Source: the human T2T-CHM13v2.0 reference genome, Homo sapiens. Taken from it: a stretch of 64,000 nt of DNA. Made by a program: the position numbers and the translations under genes. The notes under the pieces were generated by a model. That model saw only the letters and a list, made by a program, of their open reading frames with translations, was not told the DNA's origin and ran no database searches. Within the stretch, counting starts at the first letter, position 1, and the number at the start of each line of letters is the position of its first letter. This document shows, piece after piece, positions 37,722 through 59,120 of this stretch. The DNA lies in NCBI RefSeq assembly GCF_009914755.1, contig NC_060936.1. One strand, given 5' to 3'.

Positions 37722-40700
37722 GGTCATACATTCATCGTTCAAGCGTTTGACCATTAGAGGGCAGTAACTATTAGGAAATTTTGTACTTCTACCCTTTAAA
37801 GAAACAACCATTGATATTTTTTTGAAAGAACATAAAAGTTACGTTTTATCTATTTCAGATGAAAATCCTGACATATATATAGTTTTAGAATACATATAAG
37901 AAAGTTGTACATACTCATAAGGAAAATGTTCTTTTTTTGTATTAAAATTTTACCTTTGTGTTTCTATCAGAAGAATCCTAGCATTGTGTAGCTTCTTCCT
38001 TAAATCTTAAGTTTTCCTCCATCTCCACCTAAAAACTGCTCTTAAGCATGTCCTAGGAAACTAGACAGATTTATGGACACTATCAAATAAAGCAGAGCCC
38101 TTGATTTTGGTCTTAATAGAGTTTTCTCAACCAACTCAATGTACCTATTGATTTCTATTCTTGTTATACAATTAAATACATCCTGAACTATTGTCTTCTT
38201 TCAAGACCAGCTGATTTTGGTGCTTCCAAATAGAATCCACAACTCAATAAACATATTTTTATTGTCATCATTCTTGGACTACATCATGTGACAAAAATAG
38301 GGAAATAGATAATGCATATGCTGTGTACAATGTCATGTTATTTGTCTTGGATTATTTTAAAATTTACTTGCCTTAATTTCTACATTTTTTATCCACAAAA
38401 GAAGTAGAATCTTCAGGTCATAGTTCAGTATATTTCACAAGGCCTATTTTTCACACCAAATCATTTTAAGTAGATGACTCCATTTGCCCTCTATAAAAAG
38501 CAATTTGTCCTGTGTTTCATTCTGTTATCTTCCTGAGTCACTCCTCCTATAGATCACACCCTGGTGGGTCTTAGAGGGGCCTCCTGGCAACTGGTGGGTT
38601 CCACCAAAGGCAGGGTTGGCATGGTTCTTATATCCTCATGTCAGCCTTCATCCATGGAGTTCTCTTGGGATAGTTCAGCCACAGGAGCTGCCTCAATGGA
38701 ATACTCTGGCAAATGCAGTAAATGTAGCTTTCTACTTCTGACACCACTAATTAATCCTGGTTTCAGTATTTAAAACTTTGAAATAAATGGATCTTTAAAC
38801 TATATGAAAACAATGTGATAACTCATTAGAACTATCTTTCAATTTAAAAATGATTTCTTAATTTTATATTATCCTTTTCATTAATACAACAGGGTTTTTA
38901 GTATTCTAATTAAAGTTACTTAATTTAATTTCTTCTCCATATTTTAAACCAGTCTATCATCTATTTAAAAAATAATTAGGACTAGTTTGCTTCTTTTAAA
39001 TTACCTTTTAAAACAATTGGTGCTCTTATAAATCTCCAGATACTCATAGAAAAATGTTGCATTGACCTCTTATAGAGAATGTTATGTGCTATTACATTAC
39101 AGTGGAGTTGATTTCATTACCCCTGGGGATGTTACGGTCCATAGTCTACTTTGAAAGAAAATCAGCATCCTATTATTTTAGCAGTTCTCTTATGTATTTC
39201 CTAAGCCCTCTATATGTCTCTTAATATTTTGATGAGTAGATTTCTGCATAGGCATGAAAATAAATGATTTTGGAAAAAAAAGATAATAATCTCCAAAGCT
39301 ATAAAATGTCATAGAGTTGCCTATTCCAAAATCAGATAATGCTGATGAATATAACATAGGCAACAGCATTCTTCTAAATTGTGTGAGGGGTAAAAAAAAT
39401 AAGCAGACTGTGATGCTTCAATATTGTCTAACAACTTTTCTGTCAGGGTAGTTTAGCATGACCATTTCTTAAAAGCAGACAAATTTCTGAGATTCTTGTT
39501 TACTCCCTCTTAAACAGACTATGGCAGTGAAGACGTTTGTCCTCAGTGATTTAAACTTGTTACTTTCTGCAAATAGTAGTAAAATCTTTGCAGGAAAATA
39601 ACTGAGAGCCTGCCAACTTTGTGTTTTCAGGATTTGCAATGGCTTTAATTTTTACTACTTGTTTTTCAAAATATACTTCTAAAGAAACTTTAATTTGCTA
39701 GATAATGGCAAAAATGATCTTAATGTATTTTCTTTTACCTCAATGCTGTTTGTCTCTATTTCATTTCTTCTCATAGTTTTTCATTTGAACACTTCAAATC
39801 ATTTGGAATATATTTTAATAAATCATATGCTATTGTGTTTCTAATGCATTAGTAAAATTTATAAATATATTAACTCGAGAATAATTCTTAGGTAGTCCAT
39901 GTATATAACACCTTCAAAATTAAAATTATTTTGCCATTATCTAGAAAATTCATCATCGAGCAGCATTAATTTTGAAGTTGGAGAAAATGGCATTGGGGTA
40001 AAGAAAATGTGAGATTTTTTTGGCCAAATGTCTAACTTATTTCTCATTTATTTGTAAAATTTGTAAATGTATCGACTTGAGAATGACTCTTAGGTATTTC
40101 CTGTGGACATCACCTTCAAAACTGATGCTGAACCATGAATAATTGAGTTGTGTGTTTGATTTTCTTTAGGTAATTTTGTATCAATATTAAAGTCTTCTCT
40201 AGTTTCCCCATAAGAATTTGTGGTCTAACAGATCAAGTATCTTTTTAAAGACAAGATACAATGCTGTTGACTCCATTTCCTTTATCCCCTAAGCTTAAAT
40301 AGGAAAAAAAAGATAAGTTTATAGTCATTATTTTTATGCAAGTTTGAGGTACATTTTAAGGTAATATAGAACCACTTAATCTTTACCTGGATTGTAATTT
40401 TTGGCATTAAGTATCATGGGGCAACACTTACTAAGAAAGTAAGTATTGAATATATAGAATATATAGAAATATATATGCTAATTAAAAGATAAAAAATAGT
40501 GTCTGCTACTACTCTTGGTTTCACTAGCAAAATAAGAGACAGTAAAATATATATAGTTTTCTGCTGTCCTGCATAATATTTGATATCTAACACATTAGTG
40601 TGTTGCGTTGACTTGAACTGATCATTTCACTTATCTTTCAATAGGCAGGGTTTAGTTGCCTGATTAATATGATCAATGTAGTCATTAGCTGTTTTTTTTT

Positions 40701-42171
40701 TTTCAGTTGAGATTCTACATCAGTTCAAAATAAATGGAAAAAGTGCCAGATCTCCTCTGACTTAAGTTATGCAATACTGGCTATTGTTTTGTCTGCATAA
40801 AAACTGCAAAATAAAATTTTAAAAAGAGATGGAATAGGAGCTTTGCTATTTAAATAGCCATGTTATTTTACACCACACAATTAATTGGAAAGTTTCTCCA
40901 CCCTTGAAAAATGCATATTGGTAAATTGCATATTGGTAAATATGATGATGCAAACATGAGCTCTAGGTACAATATATTTTAGTGAAATAAAACTCATACT
41001 AGAGGTGACCTGTGCAAAGGGCTTTATCTGTCTTATTCCTTCCTCTGTCCTCAAGTGCCTAGAACAGTGATCATATGATCAATGCTCAGTGTGTTGAATG
41101 ATGAATGAATGGCCCAACGATTGTCACAATATCTAGGGAGTCTTTACCGGTTACTTCATGAAGACAAAGGAAAAAACTCAATCTATTGGATGAAAACTTT
41201 GTATAGTCATAGTTACTATAAAGCCAACTTAAGCATAATTATATTTGCTCATTATAAATAACATATATGGGAGTTATAAAATTATTTTTCAATTCCTTTC
41301 TGTTGTCTTAAAAAGAAAGGGGGTCATTTTTCCTTTGTTCCCTTTTAAGACTATATGCCTGTCTTCTAACTAGAATTTGCTAAACCTGTACCGCTGCCAG
41401 AGAGTTTAGGGAAATTAACTGAAAGTGTAACAACAATCTGATAATAAGGGATCATAATTTTATGCCATTTTCTCTTTCTTAAAAGTTTTAGAAATTTGAG
41501 AAATTTTCTTGAACTCTTTGTTCCTTATAGTAACCTGTATAGTAATAGGAAAGCTATAATGACACCCATTTTATAGATAAGGAAAGTAGAGGTTGGAGGG
41601 ATGCATGAGCTATTCATAATCACAAGTTGAACTGTAAATAAAAATGATCAAAAGCCCAGGGGATATTTGTTTTTTGCCCGTTACTCCTGTGAAACTGGGA
41701 AGTTCCCTAGATGTCACTCTTAGTGACTTTACAACTAGAACTTGCTTTAAGTTCTTGGTACTTTATTTTAAACCAATTGTTAGTTTGTTCCTATTTTTAT
41801 TTACTATTGCAATGAGTGAGGGCACCTGAAATTTGAAAATAACATGATTATTTTTAAAATATCAGAAAAAAATCAATCAACTCTTCAAACAATTTCATGT
41901 AATAAATTAAAACGCAGTCTAATTTAACTTACCAACTATATTTAATTGCATTCAGAGTCTTCTGGATATTAATTTTCAATCTGTTGTTATAATTTTTATG
42001 AAACCATCAAGATTTCAACTGGCATTAATTATCACCAAATAGGCAGATTCTCAAGAAAATTATTTTTATTAATTAATTTGTTTCAAACAAATGTTATGAC
42101 TTTTATTTTGGAAAATTATTCTGTTATTCTGCTCCTTACTTACATTTCGAGAACAATGTTTAGAAATTTAG

Positions 42172-48185
<6,014 letters not shown>

Positions 48186-48238
48186 AGAAATTTAGTATTA
48201 AATATCCATGTATTTAAAGACATTTAATTTAACAAAAA

Positions 48239-48569
48239 TTTATTATACTTTCAGTTCTGGGGTACATGTGCAGAACGTATAGGTTTGTTACATAGGTATA
48301 CATGTGTCATGGTGGTTTACTGCACCCATCAAAGTGTCATCTACATTAGGTACTTCTCCTAATGCTATCCCTCCCCTAGCCCCCCACCCACCGACAGGCC
48401 CCGGTGTATGATGTTCCTCTCCCTGTGTCCATGTGTTCTCATTGTTCAGCTCCCTCTTATGAGTGTGAACATGCGGTGTTTGGTTTTTTGTCCTTGTGAT
48501 AGTTTGCTGAGAATGATGGTTTCCAGCTTTATCCATGTCCCTGCAAAGGACATGACCTCATCCTTTTTT
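48239..48569 (-). mobile_element. Short 3'-end fragment of an older L1PA (L1PA7/8-like)
   Basis: Antisense L1 3'UTR; degenerate flanking repeat taa(a)gac..atttaattt..aacaaaa. Confidence 0.88.
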
Positions 48570-48617
48570 TAAGACTTATTTAATTTTTAACAAAATAAAT
48601 TGTTTTTGTCTATTTTC

Positions 48618-48954
<337 letters not shown>

Positions 48955-49081
48955 TAGTCTGTTTTCTAATAGAATTGTTTATATATCTTAAATTGTGAAC
49001 TAAGAATTTAGGCACTTTTTTCACTTGAAAAAATATTTTTAAATTCCCCCTTTTTCTTTTCTTTCTTTCTTTCTTTCTTAG

Positions 49082-49254
49082 TTCCAGGGGCAGTGTTTGA
49101 TTTACAACTTGCAGAGGTAGAATCCACGCAAGTAAGAATTACTTGGAAGAAACCACGACAACCAAATGGAATTATTAACCAATACCGAGTGAAAGTGCTA
49201 GTTCCAGAGACAGGAATAATTTTGGAAAATACTTTGCTCACTGGAAATAATGAG
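49082..49254 (+). CDS. PTPRQ: PTPRQ exon 9 ([15 protein letters not shown]...LLTGNNE)
   Basis: Long pyrimidine tract ttAG| ... |gtattg; 173 nt, phase 1-0. Confidence 0.96.
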
Positions 49255-50659
49255 GTATTGCATTTTTATTTCACTTATTGGTGAACCCTTTCTGCTTGGT
49301 TCTGGCTCTGATAGCTTGGAAGATTTGCTAGCACCCACACATGTAATATTTGACCACTTACTAGTACAAAGTAAAGTAAATTTGGGGCATGTTGATAATC
49401 TAGCTAGATCATATTTCATTTTAGGTTATATATTATTAGTTAAGTGCTATTATTCCTTTTCATCATATGAAAAATGTTAATTGTGCAATTAAACAGGACT
49501 AAAGGTATTTTCATAAGTTAATATTATTTTTCTAAATTAGTTAATGAATTGTTCGGAAACTCTTGTTATGATTTAAGTGCTCCTTCAAAGGCTGTGCTTG
49601 CAATTTGGAACAGTTGCCAGTGAAAGGCACAGTAACTTTAGTAGCTGTTGTTGACAAATGATTCTGTTCTATTTGGTCTTGGGAAGCTAAATTTCTCAAA
49701 GCTGCCTCTTTTTTTTTTTCAAAGTACATTTGATTAAGAGTCACATTACTAAATAAAAGAAATTTAAGTCGTTTCATAGATTTTAAATAAGAGGACCAGG
49801 ATCTTTAGGCAATGTGTTTGCTTCTATTCACACTGGAAGTCTTATTTTTTTCCTTTTGTTTCTGTTAGGAAGTACAGGCAACACTGATTTTTCTTTCCAC
49901 TGTCTTTGTTCACCTCACTTCATCAACTGTTCACCTGTGAGACTCTTTCAGCCTCCAGGCTAGTCATGTCCAGATACTGGCTGCTCCCCGGGGCATTCAA
50001 AGAATAAACTTCCTTAGGACCAGTGCAGCAATCACTGGGCCTTAAAGACAAACACGATAGTTATTCAGCACCTGGCGTCTGCTGTGTTGTTTCAGAATTG
50101 CTGCTGCTTCTACCTGTGCTGTTATTTTCCCCCACACATGCTTTCATTCTATTTCTAGTCCCAGCCTTCCTCTATTTCTGGCACTTACCTGTATGTGACA
50201 GTTGACCTCACCATGTGCTCAATGCATTCTGGCCACCCAGGACTTATCACTCCAAGTTGCTCACCATCTTCAACCCAGGGTTAAATTTTAATCCTATGTT
50301 GATTCCTTTCCTCTGTGCAAAAGATGTTGAATTATGCTTTCTGTGATACTCTGGTTGACAACTCAGGCAAAGGGCAAAAGCTTAACCCTTTGCTCCTGCT
50401 GAGAAGGTCTTAAATTAGATACTGAGCTTTCCTAGTACTAGATGACAGGTTTCCCACTTCTGCTAATGACATCTGTTGAATGGGTGGCCACACCTGTTTT
50501 TCCATGAAGCTAAGAGGTTCTAGAAAGGCTTTTTTTTTGTGATTCTGTCTCTATCTGGTCTGCAATTCTCGTCTCATAGTAGAGAGCTCATGAGCTTTGG
50601 AGACGTACAAATTTGGATTTAAATTATGATTTTGTCTCTCACTGTGCTATATAGCAAGT

Positions 50660-50875
50660 GGTTAAGACTGTAAACCAGGTTTAAACTCTAGTTCTGCCAT
50701 TACTAACTGTTTAACCCTGGAAAAGTTGGCCTGAGCTCTCTGAACATCAGTTTCTTCTTCTCTAAGATAGTGATTATAAGTCCCTATAACAAAGGGTTAA
50801 TAATGAGAATTTAATGGGTTCATGTGTGTAAAGAGCTTAGAACTGTACCTGGCATATAGTAAGTGCTGTGCTAAA
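50660..50875 (+). mobile_element. MIR SINE
   Basis: catcagtttcttcttctctaagat...gtaaagagcttagaactgtacctggcatatagtaagtgct. Confidence 0.7.
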
Positions 50876-52437
50876 TAATTGTGACCTATTGTGATCATTA
50901 ATCTTGGCATAGGATCATCCACCTTAGTTGCTACCCAATATTACTTCCCTTATACTCTCTCAATGAAAGGAGACATTATGCTTCTCTTTACTTCTCTGAT
51001 TATATCTTTCTTTATTAGATCAGACTCATTTCTGATATTTCTGCTTCCCCATGTAGCTGGTGTTTGGGTTTACCTTTCAGGAGATTGATGTGGGGAGACA
51101 GATATGACAGAAGCTTTAAATCCAAATGGCCCTGGGTTCTTGGCTTGACTCTGCCGTGTTCTAGGTCTATGACCTTAGAAAAATCAACTTTTGGAGACTT
51201 GGTGCCTTCATTTATATAATGGGGCTTATATAGCCACCTTACAGGGTTGGGAGTAAATGACATAAGAAATACAACTTGTGGCTTAGTGTGTTCTTCATTT
51301 GTTTTTCCTTTCTTTGACCTTGGTACCTCTCTCAGGATGAGGACTCTCTTCCCATTTCTATTGATCTTCTGAAAAAGTAGCCTCATTCCCCAACTCAAGA
51401 ACTCTTTAAATGCTTGAAATCTTATTAGAAGTCACCAGTGACCTCCCCAGTGTGCAACACAAGAATTAAATATTTTTAACCACCCTTGTGTTCTTATCTC
51501 CTTCAAAATCCATCCCTCTGTCCCCCCACTTTTCAGCTTTTGAAACTATTTGTTCCTTAATACTTTCTGCAATTTTATGTACTGTGACATTGCAATTCTT
51601 TGGCCTTGCACAATTAAAAATGAAAGTTCAAAAAGCTAACTCTCTCTATTTTCTAACTTTTTAGTGAAGATGTTCCACAGAGCTTTGGTTTCAGCCATCT
51701 CATAACATTTTCTTTTGAAGACCTAACAGTTTCAATCACTGCTTCCTATTTGTCTGACTCTTTTGCCTTACTTTCTACTCTGATCCTTCTCTCTGACGCT
51801 CTGGATTCCTAATTGCAGCCATTTGTGGGAAGAGTCCACCAGGGCTCATTACATCTAAATAAATTTCTCCCCATAAAACAAAACAGAAATCTTCTCTGAG
51901 ATAATAGGGGCTTCATGATGGGAGGGAAGATGTGACATTGGAATGAGGACAGAGATCTTGGGACAGTGATAGTGACCTGTGCAGGTTCCCACAGGGCACC
52001 CATAAGGTCTGTCCAGGCAATTAATAGTGTCAGTGTGTCAAGAATAAGGCCTAAAGAGCGGCTGACTTGAAGTCTTGGTACCTGGGTTTAGAATTTTCTA
52101 ATCCCTCTGACTGGACATAACACAAATCTCTGACCTCAAGGTCATTGTCTAAGAAACCATGGTCCAGAAGGCTTTAAGAGTGAGCATTTATGGCATTGAT
52201 ATATGTCTGATGTTTGTCTTTTTGGATAATGGAACAATTATCCTCTCTGTCATGAAGGCTTGAAACCTTGGAGTCACTTCTGACTTAGATCCTACTTAGC
52301 ATTCAATAGCCACTTAATGTTAAGGTCAGTTATTTCTACATCCAGAATGTGACTTGCATATGTCTTTATTTTATTCCTGTATCCCCCACTTCAGCTCAGG
52401 ATTGCATAGTCCCTTGCCTGGACTACTGTTATCTCAC

Positions 52438-52978
52438 TATATTAGTTTTCCATTGTTCCATAACAATTTTCCACAAACTTAGCAGCTTAAAACAATTATA
52501 ATTGCGCAGTTTCTTTGGGTCAGATGTCTAGGTACAGCTTAGATTGGTTCTCCTCTTAGAGTCTCATAAGGCTGCAAGTAAGAAACTAGCTGAGCTGTGT
52601 TCTCATCTGGAGGCTTGACTAGGGAAGAATCTACTTGCAGCCTCATTCAGGTTTTGGCAGATTTTATTTCCTTTTGGCTTTAGAACTGAGGGCCCTGGAT
52701 TCTTGCTGGCTCTTGGCTGGAGAATCCCCTTAGTGCCTTACAGTTGTTTTTTTTTTTGTCCCATGTGGCCTTTTTCAACATGGCCATTTACTTCATCAAG
52801 CTAGTAAGAAGGGTCTATATAATGTGATCATGGGAGAGACATGTTATTCCTTTTGCCTTATTCTATTGGTTAGATACAAATCATAGGTCCCAACTAACTA
52901 AAGAAGAGGAGATTTTACAAAGCAGGAACAACAGGAGGTGGGTATAGTGGGTATCTACCTGAGAGGCCATGCACTACA
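52438..52978. mobile_element. MLT1-family solo LTR
   Basis: attagttttccattgtt...ccacaaacttagcagcttaaaacaa...gctgtgttctcatctggaggct. Confidence 0.65.
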
Positions 52979-54631
52979 CTCCCCCAGCCTACTATTTTAT
53001 ATTTCAAACACTTATTAGAATAATCCTTCCAGATTTAAGTATGTTATTTACATTATGAAAGTAACCTAATAAGAATTGAGAACAGATGACGAAGGTATAT
53101 ATGTGTTTAAGTAACCTAACTCTTCACTATCATTGCAGAAAATCAATAGATTCTAAAAATGAGTGTTAACAGAGCAGTATATGCATATTATTTAGTGTTT
53201 TAGGGGTAAACACCATAAGAACTGAAAACAGGAGTGGTTTAAAGTGTTGCTTCTGGGAAGTAAGAGGTAGGGAGGGTATAAACAGGGAATTGTTATTTTC
53301 ATTATAAACCCTTCATCATCTTTTTTTGTAGCCATGTAGATATAACATGATGATTAAACTTAAAAATATAACCCTCCTATGCTAGGCATGATTTGATCTC
53401 ATTACCCTTATTGAATTTTTTTCCAGTGAATCCCATGATCTATTTGTTTCTGAATAAATATGGATTATTTAAACAAGCTGAAATATGTATAAGATTTTAC
53501 TGTTAATATTTAAACAAATATTTGAAAATTACATTAGCAAAATGAGTCTCAGGGTTTGAGATCTTTTATTTCAACTTCCACACTTATATATGTATCTGAT
53601 CTATAACATTCCTAATAAATGAGGTGAATCCAGCCTCTGCTAAAATATTTGATCAACTGTTATAGGATATCTACCACTGCAAAAGTAGCTCCTATCCTAT
53701 AAGCTTTGAAGTATTCTTTGTTATGGTCCCATAAGCATCTATTTCTTAAGTAATCATGAGGTTTTAGGCACTCTGTTAGGTACAGAAACCCATAGATGAA
53801 TAAGAAACTACGGTGTTCTTTACTTTGAACTGAAATACCTGTCTTTTAATTTTCATCAGTTCGTCCTAAGTCTCCTCTCTAGACCAACACAGTAGATTCC
53901 AGTGGTTATGAACATGAACTTTGGAGCCAGGAAAAATGTTCCAATCCTACCTCTGCTGTCACTAGTTTTGTGAACTTGAACAGATGACTGTAAAATGGAG
54001 ATAAAAATCATCTATCTCTTTGGGGGACAATAAAGCAAGATCACATGAGTAAAAGTATTTAACACTCTGTAACACACAGTAGCTTAAAATGTTAGCCTTT
54101 GCAGTAACAACAATAATAAACAATGATTTAACTCTTTCTCATTGAAGATAATGGTCAGAGTTTTCCGAAGACTTAATATCCTTAGTTTTTATTAGTCATG
54201 GCTTCTAGGTCCTTCATATCATGGATTATATTCCTGTGCATATTTTCCAGTTTGTCAAGGATCCTCTTACTCACCTGAACACAATATTCTGTATGGAGTT
54301 TGAATGGAGCCAAATTGAGCATAATTATTTTCTCCTTCGAAGTAAATTTCTTCCTTCTTTCAAAACAGTGAAATAAAAAAAAATCATTTCATTGGGAGCC
54401 TCATTCCACTGAGACTGAAGTCTAAAAAACCCTGAAGTCATTTCCGTGGACTGCTCTTTGCTTGAACTTCACAGTCAGATCCCATCCAGTACTTGTTCAA
54501 TTAGAAACCTGAGACATTTTTCTCCAACAGACATATTGCTGCCTAGTATTACAGACTTCTGAGATTGATATAGATGCATCTTTTCATCCAACATATTCCT
54601 TGAGAATATCAACGTTTGTCACTGGTGAATG

Positions 54632-54671
54632 TAAGTCTTGTGCTAAGTCTTGTGCCAAGTCTTGTGCTAAG
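54632..54671. repeat. 12-bp tandem repeat (TAAGTCTTGTGC) x3
   Basis: Direct reading. Confidence 0.85.
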
Positions 54672-55197
54672 GGCTTGGCTGGTTGCTAGGAATGAGGCTG
54701 AGGACAGAACCCAAGAGTAGTTTAGGAATGTCTTGAGATAGGTTTATTTTATTCAGCATTAGGAACATAAACGGAGTCAAGACTTAAAGATTTGTTCACC
54801 TGAATAATGTGTTGAATGATACGGTATCCTTTAGAAAATTTCCCAGCATATGCTAATTAAAAAAATTTTTCTTTTTACCACTTCTTGATAACAGCACAAA
54901 TCATGTTTTAGTCTACATTAAAATATAGAAGCATTTCTTAAGAATAAGTCAAACATTTCATTAATTCAATTCAGCAGACCTCCAGTGACCCCAAACTGAT
55001 AGATGTGATAGGGTTTTTTAGAAAATACAATTACATTCACTATAATGAAGATTACTACATGTAAAATCAAGTTGGTTTATTCAGGTGGATTAGGAATTTA
55101 TCTCTGAAGACTCCTAATTCTTTCACATAAATTCCAAGAATTCCTGGGCAGCATAGGCAAGGCCTTTCATGTTGACAAATTGTGACATTCCCTAACT

Positions 55198-55390
55198 CAA
55201 TGGTGCTCAACCAGCGGCAGTTTTGCTCTCCAAGAAACATGTGTTAATCTTTGAAGACATGTTCATTGTCACAACTGAGGTAGCTGGGGGCCAGGGAAGC
55301 TGCTAAACATCCTACAATGTACAGGACAGCCTCCGCAACAGAAAAATATCTAATTCAGAATGTCAGTAGTGCTGAGGTTGGGAACCCTGT
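55198..55390. mobile_element. MER20 (opposite orientation to the 3448 copy)
   Basis: gctgctaaacatcctacaatgtacaggacagcc...aatgtcagtagtgctgaggttgggaaccctg. Confidence 0.75.
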
Positions 55391-57939
55391 ATTAAATCAG
55401 TGAGTTGCAAATTTTTAGGTGTTGCAATGGACTTTTTTCCCTCCTATTTCTCTCATTTCTACTGCTGCTTCTCTCTGCCCCTTCCCACTACTCTCTTAAG
55501 TCCAAATTCTTTCCCAACATTTTTGCTTTTAATATTATTACTTTTTTTCTCATTATGAAAACTTAACTATCATCTAACCTAATGTCTTTTCTTAAGAGGT
55601 TAAGTGTGAGAAATATTTGCAACATGACACACTTAGTGATAACATTCTGGGTTGTTACAAAGCCAATGTTCAAATCATTGCCCAAGTTATGGAGGGTTTT
55701 TCTAATGTCAGAATATCAGAATTTGGGAGTCATTCACATAGTCAAAAGCATTCGGGTCAACTCTCACTTTGAAATGGTAGTTTGTCAGCAGAGATGCTTA
55801 ACATATGTAATTGATGGGATGTTATGCTTTAACTCTCCATAATTTGTCTGACATGGGATAGAAAATATTGAGAGATTTAATGCAAAACCATAGTTGAGGG
55901 GGAAATTCTTTGTGCTACCTCACTATAGTTCATTCTATAGTGCTTTGTACACAGTAGATTTTCAAAGGGTGACTGATTGATAGTGGAAACAGCTGTGTGG
56001 TTTGGGCATAAAGTATTGACTGCAACACCAGAGCTTCTCTGAGTTATGTGTTTGTGATTCCTGCCCTCCCTAATTTCCCTGTGGAGGCAGTGCTGAAGTG
56101 AGCTGTTGTAAGACAGAAGATCTTTACTTTGTCCCATACAAGGACATAGGAACAAACCCATATAGAGTTCCCTATCCATAGTTCTTTATCACAACTTTTA
56201 AAAAGTAGCTTTTATGGGAAACCTGTTGCTTTTCATGACAGCACTTTTCTGGGTAGAGTTGTAACAAGATTTAGACAATTGCATTTTGTAAATATTTGGA
56301 GGACTGAAGATTTTTTGACTCATTTCTCCATTCTTTTATCTTTCAGAAGAATTAATATTTAAGTAACTTGCCATTGTAGATAGTTAACTGAAATGCCATA
56401 AAATTTCTTGCTTTACTGAACTTTTTCCTGAGCACCTACTTTCTTTTTTGGAAAGTATTAAGTGCTTTGATATTCCTAAGGCCTAGAAAACCTGTTTTTG
56501 GCTCTCTGAGTGAAGACAACTCCAAAACATGTAAGATAATTAAAAGACAGATATACCAAAACTTATAAACAACTGAAACCTATATTATGAATTAATATAA
56601 ACTCTGAGGGTAAAAGAGCATGGAATTGATAAGGAATAGAATTTTTTTAAAAAAAGGGGTTTTGGAGGTAAGTTTTGAAGCAGAACTTGAAAAAAATTAG
56701 TAAAAGAGAGTAGATTTTTCAGCATATTCTTTTTTCAAAACTGTTTGATTTTGGAAAATTTTGAACAGGTTTAAAAGTACAGAAAAGAGTCTAATAAGCC
56801 TCCATATACCTGCCACCTGGATTCAGTAATCATCAATAGGCTGCCATTCTTGCCTCCGGTTTTTAAATAAATTCCAGACTTAACATCATTTTGTTCCTAT
56901 ATGCCTAAGCACGAATTTCTAAAAACCATGGACATTTCCACCCATAAAATAATGCCATGACCACAATGAACAAAATTACTAATACCATCCTGGTATCATT
57001 TAATACCTAGAACACATTCAGATTTCCTTGATTATCTTCACATCCTATGTTGATTAGGTATGTTCTAATTAGACTCCAAACAAAGCAACATTTTCTTTGA
57101 TTAATGTGTAGTCTTATTTCCAAAGTCAACATTCTACACAAATATCCAATATTATTTGGCCATAACACCTTTTCCCCATTTTGTTTCAATCAATTATGCT
57201 AGTGGGGATGAAGAAATGAGAATCATCTAGTTAGCTCAATGAAAACCTCTACTGTATTCATCCATAATCTGTTCCTGATGTTTTCACCTCAGTGTTTGCC
57301 ATTTTGGTGAACTTGACATGTGTGAATTACATTATAGGATCTAGGAACAATTGCAGTTACTTTAAATATTCCTTATGTCCAGAGTCTTGACAGGTATGCC
57401 ATGAATCCTGTGTGAAAACTATTAATATTACCATGTAGTTTTATTCTGGTATGTAACTTCACTCTATTATAAACTATTATCATTAATGTATATCAAGCAG
57501 GCATATAGACCTCTCATGTATGGTATACAAATGAGGACAGGTAATTAGAGAAGCAAAACACATTCTAATACATCAGTATGCCTAGAACACTTACCATTTG
57601 GGGGTGATCAGTTACAATATCTCAGTCATGAAACCTTTGCATGAGGACGTCTTATCTTACCATAAAGAAACTAACTCAAGTCAGAACAAAATCTGTTTCT
57701 TCCCAAAATACAGTATTGTTCTCTTAGGAAATACAATGATCACAATGTGTTACAATGATTCAGGGTATTAGTAGCCGGAGAATGAAATTTTGGAATCTAA
57801 AGAAGACAGTGGTCATGGAAATATGTTATCTTTTATAACAGCATGATTCCAAAGTTATAGGTTTTTTAGAACTAATACTTGATTTAAGTCATGAAGTGTA
57901 ACTGTCACAGTCTTTTAAAATATCTACTTTTAATTACAG

Positions 57940-58120
57940 TATATAAATGACCCCATGGCTCCAGAAATTGTGAACATAGTAGAGCCAATGGTAGGATTAT
58001 ATGAGGGTTCAGCAGAGATGTCGTCTGACCTTCACTCACTTGCTACATTTATATATAACAGCCATCCAGATAAAAACTTTCCTGCAAGGAATAGAGCTGA
58101 AGACCAGACTTCACCAGTTG
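57940..58120 (+). CDS. PTPRQ: PTPRQ exon 10 ([12 protein letters not shown]...EDQTSPV), non-FN3 insert
   Basis: ttacAG| ... |gtaggt; 181 nt, phase 0-1; bridges exons 9 and 11 in frame. Confidence 0.93.
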
Positions 58121-59120
58121 GTAGGTAGAATTTTGATTTTCTATAAAGTTCATTTAAACCACCAGTGCTAGCTAGCACAGAAATGAACCTAAGCTTAGAG
58201 TTCAGCCATATTATTAATGGTCTTTGGGCTGGAGTCGGATTTTTTTTTAGCTGTCGGAAAACCTCATGCAACAAATGGAAATGCCACACAGGCAGAAGCT
58301 GGCCCCTCCTAACCCATTTGACCTTCTTCCTGGAGAAAGTAGCACCCTAGAGTCTCTGGCCAAGCTGCATAGACAATCAGTTATTACAGTTGCCAAAGCA
58401 GGTGTGATGGGAAGGGATTAACATATCTTCAAATCATTTACAGGCCTCACATTCTCTACAGCTTTTGACTAATAGGTTTTCAAGTGTCACTAAAGGTAAA
58501 TAGGTCAGAAAGTTACAAATCTAGTGCATGGTGTGATAAACAGGTGTAGGTGACCCCAACGATGTGGTGATGTCATTAGTGTATACACTTGCTCTTCAGT
58601 GTCAGTGGCTCTTACAGTTTCTAAAAGGAGAATGTCATACGTGGCAAATTAAAAATACTCACCTGACACATATTATCTCTCTAGTTTTTCTAAAATGTTA
58701 AATGAGAAAAACATTTTATTACCTTTTCTCTAATTTGGTACTTGTCCCATTCAAAATTAAAAGTGTTATTCTATTTATGGTAGAATTAGTAAAAAAAAAT
58801 CACATTACATTCAATAGATGTTTATATTTCACTTACTGATCCATTTTTCTTGTGCAAAGAAGACTGGAGGGCAACACTGAAAATTAAGAGTCCCATGATT
58901 TCTGATGCAGACATTCCCTTAAATATTTCAAGTTTGGCCTAATTGCTACTTAAGAGTTTTAGAAGCACAAATTCTAAATAAAGCGAAAATCTAACATTTG
59001 AAATTCTTCTGGGATATTTATTTGTCAGTTATCCAAGCATGCTTGCTTTCAAGAATTATTTGGTTTACTGAATGTATGAACATATGGTGAAATTTGAGTC
59101 CAAATAAAACTCTTTATTTA

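Noticed and set aside
38564-38773. GC-richer short ORF in intron 8, and other short ORFs in the track
   Set aside because: No splice context or recognisable domain; many start at non-ATG codons or lie in Alu, L1 or MER sequence.
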